Source: Candidatus Multivoradales bacterium (GTDB taxonomy: Bacteria > Acidobacteriota > Thermoanaerobaculia > Multivoradales > JAHEKO01). Taken from it: a stretch of 64,000 bases of DNA. The notes under the pieces are model-generated. The model made no database searches. It saw only the letters and a program-made list of their open reading frames with translations, and was not told the DNA's origin. Position numbers and translations under genes: made by a program. The DNA is taken from the NCBI GenBank assembly GCA_965248055.1, contig CBDFIJ010000004.1, positions 1,632,001 through 1,696,000 of the forward strand, given 5' to 3'. Of this stretch, positions 1 through 9,039 are shown in pieces. Each line of letters opens with the position of its first letter. Within the stretch, counting starts at the first letter, position 1.

Positions 1-2280
1 TACTTCAAGAGCCTCGTCCACGGTGTACCCAAGCAGATGAAGCTCTGTTGATTCTTGCTTCTGCGGCTTATGACTCTTAACCGTGACCACCGCCGGTTCG
101 TCAATCACCGTTAGATCCGCCTGCGGAATCCAAATTTTCTTTCCCCCAGCAGCTACTTGCACTTCCTTGCCCTTGGCCGCGATCACCGTACCACTCCATG
201 ACAGCACCCGATGGCGCACTCGATCACCGATTTCCACCGGGGAACTCGACGGTAGATCAATCTTCGGTTGATCCTTGATCGCCTGAGCCAGGATTTTCCC
301 GCGCTCAGCTTTCGAAATTCTTTTCGTCGAACTCTCGACCTCACGCCCAAGTTCCTCCAGCCGCCGATCGATGCGGCGCAATGCTTGGCGCTCAAAGTCG
401 TCCTGCTGCCGTCGCAGTTGGACCCCAAACTCCTCCTTACTTCGAGCTGCTGCGGCGTGCTCGTCCGCTAGCTTCTTCTGTTCCTGCTCGGCGGCGCGAA
501 GCAGTCTGCCGAGTTCGACTTTGCGACGTTGCAACTCGTTTCTTTCGACTTCCAGGGCATCCATCATCTTGGACAACGACACTCGTTCGCTGCCGACCAG
601 TTCTTCCGCGCGCTGCAGCCAAGCCTCGGGGAGGCCGAGTCTGCGCGCCAGATCCAACGCGTGGCTTTCCCCCGGCGGTCCGGGGACCAATTGGAACGTC
701 GGTTCACCGGACCGAGGATCAAAAGCCATCGCCGCAGTTGAACCCTGTGGGTGCTCCGCAGCAAAGGTGGCAATGGCGATCAGATGGGTGGTAACCACCA
801 CCGTCGCTTGACGCGTGGACAACTCCTCCAACAGCGCGACTGCCAACGCACTGCCTTCTTCCGGATCGGTACCCGATCCCAGTTCATCGATGACGATCAA
901 ACTCCGAAGCGAGGCTCGTTCCCAGGCATTCCGCAGTCTCTCCAACCTCCCCGAGAAGGTTGACTTGGCGGTCATTAGATCCTGGTCATCCCCGACGATC
1001 GCCCCAACGTGCTCGAACAAAGGCAATGCGGCGAATTTTGCTGGCAGAGGTACGCCGGATTGGTTGAGCACCGCCGCCAAGCCAACCGTCTTGATCGCGA
1101 CCGTTTTGCCTCCCGCGTTGGGTCCGGTGATCACCAGGAGTCGGTGTTCACGCTCAATGGCGATCGACAGCGGTTCCGACGCTCCAATGTGGGTTTTTTC
1201 GAATAGTCGCCGTCGGCTTTTCTCAAACCGAGGGTCGAGTAGTGGGTGGCTAAATTGTTCCAACCGAAGATCCGAGGAAACCTCAGCCCAACATCCTTCG
1301 GTCAAGCCACGCCAACGAGCAATCGCTTCGATGCCATCCACTTGACCCAACCACTCCAGAGTCTGCAGTAGCTCCTGTCGATGGGAAACCACGAAGTCCA
1401 AGATTTCTCGCAGAATGCGCCGCTTCTCTTGCTCGACACCGATCGAGGTCTGGCGCAACTTATTGTTGGCCTCAACCACGGCCAAGGGTTCCAGGTACAC
1501 GCTGTGCCCGGAGCCCGAGGAGCCGTGGCGAACCCCCTCGGAGGCCTCCGCTGAGGTCGCACGCACCAGAACTGTCATACGCCCTTCGCGTAGAGAAACC
1601 GTGTCGTCAACGGTGTCGGCTTGCCCCCGGGCATAGCTCTCCAATTGCTGTCGCAGGCCGGAGCGCTGGGTGCGCGCAGAGGCAACCAAAGAGGCCAATT
1701 TGGGCGTCGCTTGATCGTCGACCTCGCCCCGCTGGTCCAAAACCTTAAGAGTCTCTCGACTCCAGGTTCCCAGGTCGGCAAGCTGGCGGCTGCTGGCTAC
1801 AATCGATACCGTGGAACTGGCTTCACCAACTCGGCGTATCACGCCCTCTGCCATGTCGATTCCCTGCGCCAGTTGCCGAGCCTGCACCCCGTCCACCGAT
1901 GGTTGGGATCGCCTGAGACTGTCTCTGATCTCCACCAGACCACTGGAGGAGACAACCAGTCGCTGATCGGCCGTCAGCTCGCCGATCACCTCGACGTCAG
2001 ATCGACGAGCCCCAAGTGCTTCTTCGCTCGCCGTGGGAGCCAACGCCGCAACCCAAACGTGCCCAAGATCGGTAGCGCAAAGACTTCCGATCAACTTCAG
2101 CACACGCTCGGTTTCAAGCGCGCCTTGGGTCGCCGACGAGCAAGTTGGCGCCAATAACTCCTCTGGGTCCAATTCCTCTGAGTCCAATCCAGCGGAGTCC
2201 AGTTCTGCCGAGTGCAGCTCTAGCGATTGCGGTTCTGCAGAATTCCAGGGATCCATGAGTAACTCAAAGGGGGTGGCCAT
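1..2280 (-). CDS. mutS2: Endonuclease MutS2 (3' end beyond window edge)
   Basis: Absent from the ORF track because it runs off the window; translated by hand in part. Minus frame from ATG 2280 (alt. 2256) shows Walker A VITGPNAGGKTV (~1100-1135) and the Smr-domain start ELHLLGYTVDEALEV at the edge, in the same frame as the start. Confidence 0.93.
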   Translation of the reverse strand, partial: MATPFELLMDPWNSAEPQSLELHSAELDSAGLDSEELDPEELLAPTCSSATQGALETERVLKLIGSLCATDLGHVWVAALAPTASEEALGARRSDVEVIGELTADQRLVVSSSGLVEIRDSLRRSQPSVDGVQARQLAQGIDMAEGVIRRVGEASSTVSIVASSRQLADLGTWSRETLKVLDQRGEVDDQATPKLASLVASARTQRSGLRQQLESYARGQADTVDDTVSLREGRMTVLVRATSAEASEGVRHGSSGSGHSVYLEPLAVVEANNKLRQTSIGVEQEKRRILREILDFVVSHRQELLQTLEWLGQVDGIEAIARWRGLTEGCWAEVSSDLRLEQFSHPLLDPRFEKSRRRLFEKTHIGASEPLSIAIEREHRLLVITGPNAGGKTVAIKTVGLAAVLNQSGVPLPAKFAALPLFEHVGAIVGDDQDLMTAKSTFSGRLERLRNAWERASLRSLIVIDELGSGTDPEEGSALAVALLEELSTRQATVVVTTHLIAIATFAAEHPQGSTAAMAFDPRSGEPTFQLVPGPPGESHALDLARRLGLPEAWLQRAEELVGSERVSLSKMMDALEVERNELQRRKVELGRLLRAAEQEQKKLADEHAAAARSKEEFGVQLRRQQDDFERQALRRIDRRLEELGREVESSTKRISKAERGKILAQAIKDQPKIDLPSSSPVEIGDRVRHRVLSWSGTVIAAKGKEVQVAAGGKKIWIPQADLTVIDEPAVVTVKSHKPQKQESTELHLLGYTVDEALEV
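2155..2223. repeat. Degenerate 15-bp tandem repeat (~4-5 units) in the mutS2 5' extension
   Basis: ctctgggtccaattc / ctctgagtccaatcc / agcggagtccagttc / tgccgagtgcagctc; encodes ELHSA-ELDSA-GLDSE-ELDPE-EL. Confidence 0.7.
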
Positions 2281-2296
2281 TCGGCCAACTCAGACG

Positions 2297-2325
2297 AAAA
2301 AGGGCGGTCGACCAGCGACCGCCCT
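2297..2325 (-). terminator. Rho-independent terminator of rpsU
   Basis: Perfect 10-bp stem AGGGCGGTCG/CGACCGCCCT, 5-nt loop, followed by a T-run on the minus strand, ~30 nt after the rpsU stop. Confidence 0.8.
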
Positions 2326-2354
2326 GACAAAGCAAATTCGGATTTGATCCGGAT

Positions 2355-2564
2355 TCAACGCAAGCCCATACGCCGTTCTTCCGCCATGCGGCGCAAGATT
2401 TTCTTGCGCGTCTGAATTGCTTGACGCTTGCGTTTGATGCTCGGCTTTTCAAAATGTTGACGTTTTTTGAGCTCGGTCAAAATCCCAGCTTTCTCACACT
2501 TGCGCTTGAAGCGCCTCAGTGCTGACTCAAAACTCTCGTCGTCACGAACTTGTACCGAAGGCAT
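2355..2564 (-). CDS. rpsU: 30S ribosomal protein S21
   Basis: ESFESALRRFKRKCEKAGILTELKKRQHFEKPS signature; 69 aa; GAGGTGA RBS upstream. Confidence 0.98.
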   Translation of the reverse strand: MPSVQVRDDESFESALRRFKRKCEKAGILTELKKRQHFEKPSIKRKRQAIQTRKKILRRMAEERRMGLR

Positions 2565-2711
2565 CGTTAGAAATCACCTCACTTTTGATAGCCGGTTAAT
2601 CACGACCGGTACTTGGCGGTAAAACACCTAGTGGCCGTTGCCCGCACAGAATACCCAAGCGGGCCGCATAGTTTCTAAGAAGCCAGCCGCCGTGTCAACG
2701 GCGGAACCGAC

Positions 2712-3464
2712 TTACGAACCGGTCTGAACGTCGAAATCGGTCTTGTAGACCCGTAATTCTCCCCTGCGAGTCTCAAAATACACGCCAGCGATGCCTTCTT
2801 CCCTGCGGTAAAACCAAGCCTCCACATTACGGTCGGCATATTCCTTCCGATTATGGGGATTGACAGTTCCCAAGATCGACCTGACTTCCTCGGGGCTCAT
2901 TCCATTGCGCACCAACGCAAAACGTTCTTGGTCCATGTATTGCTTGGCTTTTGCGTCTTCGAGCGCCGCGTTCAACTCCGGATTGTCAATCGGCAGCGCA
3001 GCCGCAACTTGCTCCATGATTTGAATCGCCCGTGCGTAGTCTCCAGCTTTGTCGATGTACTCCTGGGCAACCAGCATGTCCTCGTGCTGTTTGGTCAACA
3101 TGGCATCTCGGACAACCCCTTCAGGCTCTTCACCGACCAGCAAGCCGGCGCTGTTAATCAGCTCGGTAGCCTTGGAACCCACCTCATCGGAGAGAGCGGT
3201 TGCCTCTTCGACCAGAGCATCGCGCTGGGCTACCAACGCAGCCATCGCCTCCTCGGTAACGTCCTCGGCGGCATTGGCAATCTGGTCCTTAGCACCGCTG
3301 AGTTCTGCGCGTTTGGTTTCGAGCGCGGTCTTGGCTTCCGTCAGTGCTTGCTCAAATACCGCCAAGTTGGCGTCACTATCGCCCGCCTCTGAGGCACAAG
3401 CGATCGGAATGATGATTAAGACTAGGCATAAAGCCCAACTTGCCCTACGATGAGTCCACAGCAT
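2712..3464 (-). CDS. Putative lipoprotein with coiled-coil N-part and SmpA/OmlA(BamE)-like C-terminal domain
   Basis: Hydrophobic leader ending IAC; C-terminal VRNGMSPEEVRSILG...WFY motif typical of BamE-like folds; GGAGGT RBS. Confidence 0.6.
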   Translation of the reverse strand: MLWTHRRASWALCLVLIIIPIACASEAGDSDANLAVFEQALTEAKTALETKRAELSGAKDQIANAAEDVTEEAMAALVAQRDALVEEATALSDEVGSKATELINSAGLLVGEEPEGVVRDAMLTKQHEDMLVAQEYIDKAGDYARAIQIMEQVAAALPIDNPELNAALEDAKAKQYMDQERFALVRNGMSPEEVRSILGTVNPHNRKEYADRNVEAWFYRREEGIAGVYFETRRGELRVYKTDFDVQTGS

Positions 3465-3601
3465 GTATGCTACCTCCGGTCTTTCAGTCGATACTCTGGG
3501 GCGTTACTTACGCCCGTCTAAACTCCGTTGTACGCCCGTACAACCTACGGGCACCGGTACAACGAACACACCGTAACACTGGATCTACCTAGACTCAAGA
3601 G

Positions 3602-5806
3602 ATGCCAATCACGTCCCCAACCATGGACCGCCAGCCAGTATTCGGCCTACGCCGTGTCTCGGTCGGGGTGCTGTGTATTGTGGCAGCAGCTTTGGTTGGA
3701 CCCAACACAGATCAAGGACTGGCGCAAAGCGCGGCTTCCACGGATCTCAGCAAACCCACACTTTTCTCACCCTCGACACAACAGCAACTCGACGCACTCG
3801 AATGCCACACCGAGAGCTTGACGTCGGACCCTGGGAACCCAGAGCGGAGAGTTTGGGCTGGCTTGGCTTTGGCCCAATGCGACCTCACCGAGCAGGCGGT
3901 AGAGCTACTCAGCACCCCTACCCCAACCCTCGATCAGATCGATCACTGGCGGTTTGTTGTCTGGGCAGAGTCGTTGCTCGCGCTCAATCGTGGCGGCGAC
4001 CTAGCCGCTGATTTCGTCAACCGCCCGACCTGGGTCCAGGACCAGCTAAGGGCGCCCTATGCTCGCTATCTTTCGCAGCACGACCCAGCGCGATTTTGGC
4101 TCCAGTACCAACCCCAGCTTCTGAACCTGACTGCCAACGACGCTACCGAAGTTGATGAGATGGCGTGGGAGCTCGCTGTCGGGCCCAGCGAGCAACAACG
4201 GCGCAAGCGGATCGCCCTGCGCCTTCTGATTCACTCTCCGGTTCAAGCCTCGCTGCTCAAGGTCGTTGAAACATTGCGCCACCCGGACGGCCTGATTCCC
4301 TGGCCCCGGCTGCTGAGCGCCGACTCGTTGACCCTACGCGCCGAGAATTTGATCGAATCGGGAATTCCCCAGGGAGCTTTGGTTGCGCTCGATGAGGTCG
4401 GGGTAAGTCAACGCGATGACCGCTGGCGACTTGCCCGCGCTCGCGCCTTGACTCTCAATCGTCAGGGAGCCCAAGCGTGGACGCTCCTCGAACCGCTGGT
4501 CGCCAACGGCGAGCAACAGCAGCTGTCCCTCTTGTGGGCTCGCGCGGATGCCGCCCTCGACGCATCCAAGGTTCGCCGCGGTCGTACTAATCTTGGAAGT
4601 ACCATGCGAGCGGTGATGCGCGACCGTGGCCACCATCAATTGGATTTGATCGCGGCCACGTCACCCGATCTCACCGAACAGGCCAATTCCATTCGCCGAC
4701 GCATTGCCGATCTCGACGACGATGATTCGGTCGAAGAAGTGACCTCCCTAACCATGAGCTTGGCGCAACTCGATCCGACCGATGTCTCTGCGGAGCGATG
4801 GCTGTGGGCACGAGGTTGGAAGCAGTATCAAGCACGCAACTGGACTGGAGCAGCGGATACCTGGCGTCAATTGTTGGATATCTATCCACGCGGACGCCAA
4901 ACCGACCGCGCATGGTACTGGCTGGCCAAAGCACATAGCCACCTTGGCAACCGGGAGCGCGCCCAGGAACTGTGGCTGAATCTTGCCAGTTCTCCGGTTG
5001 ACCACTACTACGCACAGCGAGCCCGAGAGCAGATAACAGCGCCCGTGACTCCTCGTGGCGAGCGCTTTGATCCCGATCCTCTGCCGGATGCTCCGCAATT
5101 CCGCTTGGCCAACTGGTTCGCCAGGGCCGGTCTTTCTGCGCTGGCTCGTCGGGAACTGGAACGACAAACCGGGGTTCCAGATCACCCTGTCGGCCACGTT
5201 CTTCTTGCCCGCATCGAAAGTGATTTAGGGAATCACCGCACCAGCATTCAGCATATTTGGCGCGCCTACAAGGGACTTGGAACCGCCCAGGAATCGACCG
5301 CACCCCGGTTCGCCCACGAGCTCTATTACCCACGCGAGTTTGAACAGCCGGTGGTACGTCAAGCGAGTCGTGTCCGGCTGGACCCCAAGCTGGTGTGGGC
5401 AATGATCCGCCAAGAAAGTGCGTTTGACGTCGCGGCTCGCAGTCGCGCTGGCGCCCGAGGTCTGATGCAACTGATGCCAGGCACCGCCCGCGAGCAAGCG
5501 CGCATGCTCGGAATGCGATATTCACAGACCAATCTGCACGATCCCGACTACAACATCCGCCTCGGCAGTAGTTATTTTCGCCGGGTCTTGGACATGTTTG
5601 ACGGCCGCTTGGAATTGGCATTGGCAGGCTACAACTCCGGTCCCTACCGAATGAAGAAATGGGTCAACGCAGCTGGCACCGGGTTGCAACTCGATTCGTT
5701 CATCGAAGAGCTTCCGTTCGAGGAAACCCGAACCTACGTTCGCCGCGTTGTGCAATTCAAAGGTAGCTATCAAACCCTCTATCCAGAGATCGAAACCGGC
5801 AGCTAA
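3602..5806 (+). CDS. Soluble lytic murein transglycosylase (TPR/helical N-terminus + SLT domain)
   Basis: SLT motifs MIRQESAF, GARGLMQLMP, AGYNSGP, ETRTYV. Confidence 0.92.
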   Translation: MPITSPTMDRQPVFGLRRVSVGVLCIVAAALVGPNTDQGLAQSAASTDLSKPTLFSPSTQQQLDALECHTESLTSDPGNPERRVWAGLALAQCDLTEQAVELLSTPTPTLDQIDHWRFVVWAESLLALNRGGDLAADFVNRPTWVQDQLRAPYARYLSQHDPARFWLQYQPQLLNLTANDATEVDEMAWELAVGPSEQQRRKRIALRLLIHSPVQASLLKVVETLRHPDGLIPWPRLLSADSLTLRAENLIESGIPQGALVALDEVGVSQRDDRWRLARARALTLNRQGAQAWTLLEPLVANGEQQQLSLLWARADAALDASKVRRGRTNLGSTMRAVMRDRGHHQLDLIAATSPDLTEQANSIRRRIADLDDDDSVEEVTSLTMSLAQLDPTDVSAERWLWARGWKQYQARNWTGAADTWRQLLDIYPRGRQTDRAWYWLAKAHSHLGNRERAQELWLNLASSPVDHYYAQRAREQITAPVTPRGERFDPDPLPDAPQFRLANWFARAGLSALARRELERQTGVPDHPVGHVLLARIESDLGNHRTSIQHIWRAYKGLGTAQESTAPRFAHELYYPREFEQPVVRQASRVRLDPKLVWAMIRQESAFDVAARSRAGARGLMQLMPGTAREQARMLGMRYSQTNLHDPDYNIRLGSSYFRRVLDMFDGRLELALAGYNSGPYRMKKWVNAAGTGLQLDSFIEELPFEETRTYVRRVVQFKGSYQTLYPEIETGS

Positions 5807-5833
5807 CCTTGCGGTTCTACTCGGTCTACAAGT

Positions 5834-5842
5834 TGGTATACT
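5834..5842 (+). promoter_or_regulatory. Extended -10 promoter element for the tRNA
   Basis: TGgTATACT followed by GC-rich ttcgcccc, ~40 nt upstream of the tRNA. Confidence 0.5.
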
Positions 5843-5882
5843 TTCGCCCCATTTCGCCATTTTTTCGAGTGGCGGAGGAGCC

Positions 5883-5958
5883 GGGTCCATAGCTCAGCGG
5901 TTAGAGCATCCGGCTCATAACCGGACGGTCCCTGGTTCGAATCCAGGTGGACCCACCA
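5883..5958 (+). tRNA. tRNA with CAT anticodon, most likely tRNA-Ile2 (lysidine-modified, reads AUA)
   Basis: 76 nt; acceptor GGGTCCA/TGGACCC + ACCA; D-arm AGCTCAGCGGTTAGAGC; anticodon arm TCCGG-CTCATAA-CCGGA; T-loop GGTTCGAATCC. The paired first position argues against fMet, and the arm resembles Ile2 more than elongator Met. Confidence 0.93.
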
Positions 5959-6036
5959 AGCGGCGCAAGCATGCGACAGATAACTCAAATCAACCACTGC
6001 TCAACGGCCAAGCCAGACTTTCAACAGAACGTTGAC

Positions 6037-6067
6037 CAGCCACCTTACAAGGTGGCTGTTTTGTTTT
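6037..6067 (+). terminator. Rho-independent terminator after the tRNA
   Basis: CAGCCACCTT-AC-AAGGTGGCTG followed by TTTTGTTTT. Confidence 0.75.
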
Positions 6068-6080
6068 CAGGAGGAATATC

Positions 6081-6863
6081 GTGAACCATCTTGTAGACGC
6101 AGTTGTCGCCTTACAAACGGCCGTAGACGAGTTGGCTCAGGTCGAGGACACACTGGAGAATTTGCCCTCATCGATGCGCGAAGTTCATCAGCGCTACAGC
6201 GAGAGCAAGGCGGTGATCGATGAGATCAAAGCCCGCATCGAGGCTGCCAACCTGGAACGACGCCAAGCGGAGATCGACGCCACCGACTCACAAGCCAAGC
6301 TTGAGCAACTCCAAGCGCAGATTAGAGAGGTAAAAACGCAGCGCGAATACGGGGCGATCCTGGCCGAAACCGACTTGGCAACCGAGAGCAAGAACTCCGC
6401 TGAAGAGACCGCTCTCGCTTCGTTGGAAATCATCGAAGGCGCAGAATCGGAACTCACGCCTCTGATTGAATCTTTCAAAGAGGTTGCCGACGAGTATCGC
6501 GAACACGAAAAATCCTGGAAGGCCGAAAAACCTACCATTGAAGCACGCAAAGTCGAGTTGACGGGAATGCTTGAAGTCCTGCGGGAAGAGCTTCCCAACC
6601 AAACGCGGCTTCGATTTGAGCGAACCTTGCAGCACACCCAAGGCCATGCGATGTCCTCTGTGGTGGAAGTTGATCGCACGCGCGGAGCGGACATGTGGGC
6701 GTGCAGCAATTGTAGCTATCGCATTCGACCGCAAGCCGTGGTGGAAATTCGCACTCAGGGAAAGCTGCTTCAATGCGACGGCTGCCGACGCTTCTTGTAT
6801 ATCGCTGAGGTTCCAGTTGTTGAGGACGCGCCCGCAGAAGACGCGGTCGAGGTCGAGTCCTGA
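6081..6863 (+). CDS. Coiled-coil protein with C4-type zinc ribbon (DUF164/CT398-like)
   Basis: Long coiled coil with KTQREYGA, C-terminal CSNC...CDGCRRFLY; AGGAGG RBS; precedes RNase H, a commonly seen neighbourhood. Confidence 0.85.
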   Translation: MNHLVDAVVALQTAVDELAQVEDTLENLPSSMREVHQRYSESKAVIDEIKARIEAANLERRQAEIDATDSQAKLEQLQAQIREVKTQREYGAILAETDLATESKNSAEETALASLEIIEGAESELTPLIESFKEVADEYREHEKSWKAEKPTIEARKVELTGMLEVLREELPNQTRLRFERTLQHTQGHAMSSVVEVDRTRGADMWACSNCSYRIRPQAVVEIRTQGKLLQCDGCRRFLYIAEVPVVEDAPAEDAVEVES

Positions 6864-6865
6864 CC

Positions 6866-7309
6866 TTGGCACAAGCCTGGATTGACGGGGGTGCTCGCGG
6901 CAACCCCGGCGAAGCTGGGTTCGGGGTTTGGTTCAAGAATCCCTCCGGCACAGAAGAGATCTGCGGCTATCTTGGGCAGACAACCAACAACGTCGCCGAA
7001 TACTCTGCCGCAATCGCCGCACTGTCTTACGCTCGAGAAACCGGAGTCGAACAACTGCACGTTTTTAGCGATAGCCAGTTGTTGGTGCGCCAAGTTCTGG
7101 GCGAGTACCGAGTTAAAGCAGCGCACTTGGTGCCACTGTTCTTGAAGGTCTTAGCTTTACGGCGCGAACTCAGTGTTTTTTCGATTGAGCACGTTCCGCG
7201 GGAGCAAAATAAGGATGCTGATCGACTGGCCAACCTGGCGATTGATCAGAAATCCCCATTGCCCGCCTGGCTGCAACCAAACCCGCTGTCGCTGATTGAC
7301 GGTGGCTGA
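6866..7309 (+). CDS. rnhA: Ribonuclease HI
   Basis: DGGARGNPG, TNNVAEY, SDSQL, HVPREQNKDADRLAN catalytic motifs. Confidence 0.93.
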   Translation: MAQAWIDGGARGNPGEAGFGVWFKNPSGTEEICGYLGQTTNNVAEYSAAIAALSYARETGVEQLHVFSDSQLLVRQVLGEYRVKAAHLVPLFLKVLALRRELSVFSIEHVPREQNKDADRLANLAIDQKSPLPAWLQPNPLSLIDGG

Positions 7310-7991
7310 CTTTCTCAGCCGCGTCGGCGCCATCCAACAACGCGTTGCGGACGCCGCGATCCGTAGCGGTCGAACTGCGCCGGAGGTCACTCTGATCGGC
7401 GCTTCCAAGCGGCAGCCGGTGGAAACAGTTCGCGCGGTCGCTGAAGCGGGTGTGGTCCATCTGGGCGAGAATCGAGTCCAGGAGTGCGAGCAAAAACAGC
7501 CCAGCCTGCCGAGCGCTATTGAGTGGCACCTGATTGGCCCGCTGCAAAGCAACAAGGTGAACTTGGCGCTCGATTTGTTTGACGTCATCCAAACCGTAGA
7601 TCGCGTCAAGATAGCCGAGCGCTTGCAGCGCCGTGCCGCTCAATTGGGGCGCGTAGTGCCGATATTTATCGAGGTCAACCTGGGGAACGAACCGTCCAAA
7701 CATGGATTCGCGCCCAAAGACTTAGACGCCCTGGTGGATCACCTTCCCTCTTGGGACCATCTCGCGGTTCAAGGTTTGATGGCGATCCCACCGTTCACCG
7801 GATCAGCAGAGGCAAGTCGTCCGTGGTTCCACAACCTTCGGCAACAGAGAGATCGCTTGTTTGAAACGACGCATCTGCAATCTGCGCCGGGATACCTTTC
7901 GATGGGCATGAGCAGTGACTTTGAAGTGGCGATCGAAGAGGGTGCGACCCACGTGCGAGTGGGCACCGCGTTGTTTGGAACCCGGGCATGA
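7296..7991 (+). CDS. yggS: PLP homeostasis protein YggS
   Basis: ASK (PLP lysine), GENRVQE, WHLIGPLQSNK, GLMAIPP, LSMGMSSDFEVAIEEGATHVRVG. Confidence 0.96.
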   Translation: MTVADFLSRVGAIQQRVADAAIRSGRTAPEVTLIGASKRQPVETVRAVAEAGVVHLGENRVQECEQKQPSLPSAIEWHLIGPLQSNKVNLALDLFDVIQTVDRVKIAERLQRRAAQLGRVVPIFIEVNLGNEPSKHGFAPKDLDALVDHLPSWDHLAVQGLMAIPPFTGSAEASRPWFHNLRQQRDRLFETTHLQSAPGYLSMGMSSDFEVAIEEGATHVRVGTALFGTRA

Positions 7992-8287
7992 CTTGGCCTG
8001 CACCCGGTCACCGGCTGTTTCCAGATCTCGACCTCGCGATAGACAGCGACTTGCCAGTCCGAAACCTAATCTGGGAACGGCTATTGGAAGACGGAACGCG
8101 GGAAGATCTGTGCGCTTGGTTCCATCAGACCCCGCCCAACGAATCGGTCGAGTGGTTGCGCGCCAAAGGAGATCGACTGTCGTCACGCAGCTATTCATTT
8201 TGGCGTTGGCTGCTCGACGTCGACCAGAGCCTGGCCGCTCGTCAGCAAAACCCCTACTGGCCGGATACTGAAAACGGGCGACTCTGA
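7988..8287 (+). CDS. Small helical protein, DUF6922-like putative antitoxin partner
   Basis: IWERLLEDGTREDL...RLSSRSYSFW pattern; ATGA overlap with yggS and TGATG overlap with the nucleotidyltransferase. Confidence 0.6.
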   Translation: MTWPAPGHRLFPDLDLAIDSDLPVRNLIWERLLEDGTREDLCAWFHQTPPNESVEWLRAKGDRLSSRSYSFWRWLLDVDQSLAARQQNPYWPDTENGRL

Positions 8288-9039
8288 TGAACCTCCAAAC
8301 ATACGCTGGAACACTTTCAAAACCGCTCAACTCCTGGCTCGGGCGATTGTCCGACCCCTCGTTGGGTCCAGACCTGAGTGACGATTTCTACCTAGCCGGG
8401 TCTGCCGCGATCGCACTCCATTGTCAACATCGAGAAGTCTGGGATCTGGACTTGATGAGTCCAGCACGGCGCCTGACGAGTGCGGAGCGACGGGATCTCC
8501 TGCAAGCTCTCATGGCTCGCGATTCGGCGCTGCGGGTGGAAACCGCCCGCGATGGCTACCTTTCGCTGCGCGCCGGCGACAATACTGGGATTCGTTTTTT
8601 CTACTACCCCTATCCCGTGGTTGCACCGACCGGCGAATGGCAAGGTTGCGAAATCGCCTCTCGCCTCGATCTGGCGTTAATGAAACTGGCAGCGATCATT
8701 TCGCGCGGTACCAAGAAAGATTTCGTGGATCTATTCTTGTTACTCAACGATTGGCCGTCAGCGGGCCAGCCGCCGGGGGAAGGAGTCATAGAAAGCGACC
8801 GGCCCTTGGGGCAAGCTTTGCCACAGGTCTTGGAGCAAGCACCATCCAAATTTGGACACGTCCTCGACTTCCCTTGGCAAGCGTTAAAAGCGCTGGGCGA
8901 TCGAGGACGCGCCGACTCTGAGCCGATGCCGCCGCTCACCACCGCGCTGGGTTGGGATCAGGTTGAAGGTTGGTTGGATGGTCCGGTGCGCGCCTACGCG
9001 CAACGCCAGGTAGGCTTAGGCGGCGAGTCGTCCCTATGA
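8287..9039 (+). CDS. AbiEii/AbiGii-family nucleotidyltransferase
   Basis: FYLAGSAAIAL...HREVWDLDL (GG/GS...HR...DxD) and MKLAAIISRGTKKDFVDL motifs. Confidence 0.8.
   Translation: MNLQTYAGTLSKPLNSWLGRLSDPSLGPDLSDDFYLAGSAAIALHCQHREVWDLDLMSPARRLTSAERRDLLQALMARDSALRVETARDGYLSLRAGDNTGIRFFYYPYPVVAPTGEWQGCEIASRLDLALMKLAAIISRGTKKDFVDLFLLLNDWPSAGQPPGEGVIESDRPLGQALPQVLEQAPSKFGHVLDFPWQALKALGDRGRADSEPMPPLTTALGWDQVEGWLDGPVRAYAQRQVGLGGESSL

Noticed and set aside
83-2347. Many plus-strand ORFs (60-180 aa) over 83-2347, and similar long antisense ORFs elsewhere (e.g. 4671-5621, 39961-40590)
   Set aside because: They are shadow frames of well-supported genes (mutS2, the transglycosylase, a TPR gene) in GC-rich DNA and carry no motifs.
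5883-6080. tRNA as integration site of an island or prophage
   Set aside because: No integrase follows, I saw no duplicated tRNA 3' end, and the downstream genes are housekeeping.
6840-6870. Zn-ribbon/RNase H fusion by read-through
   Set aside because: The two genes are in different frames and each looks complete.
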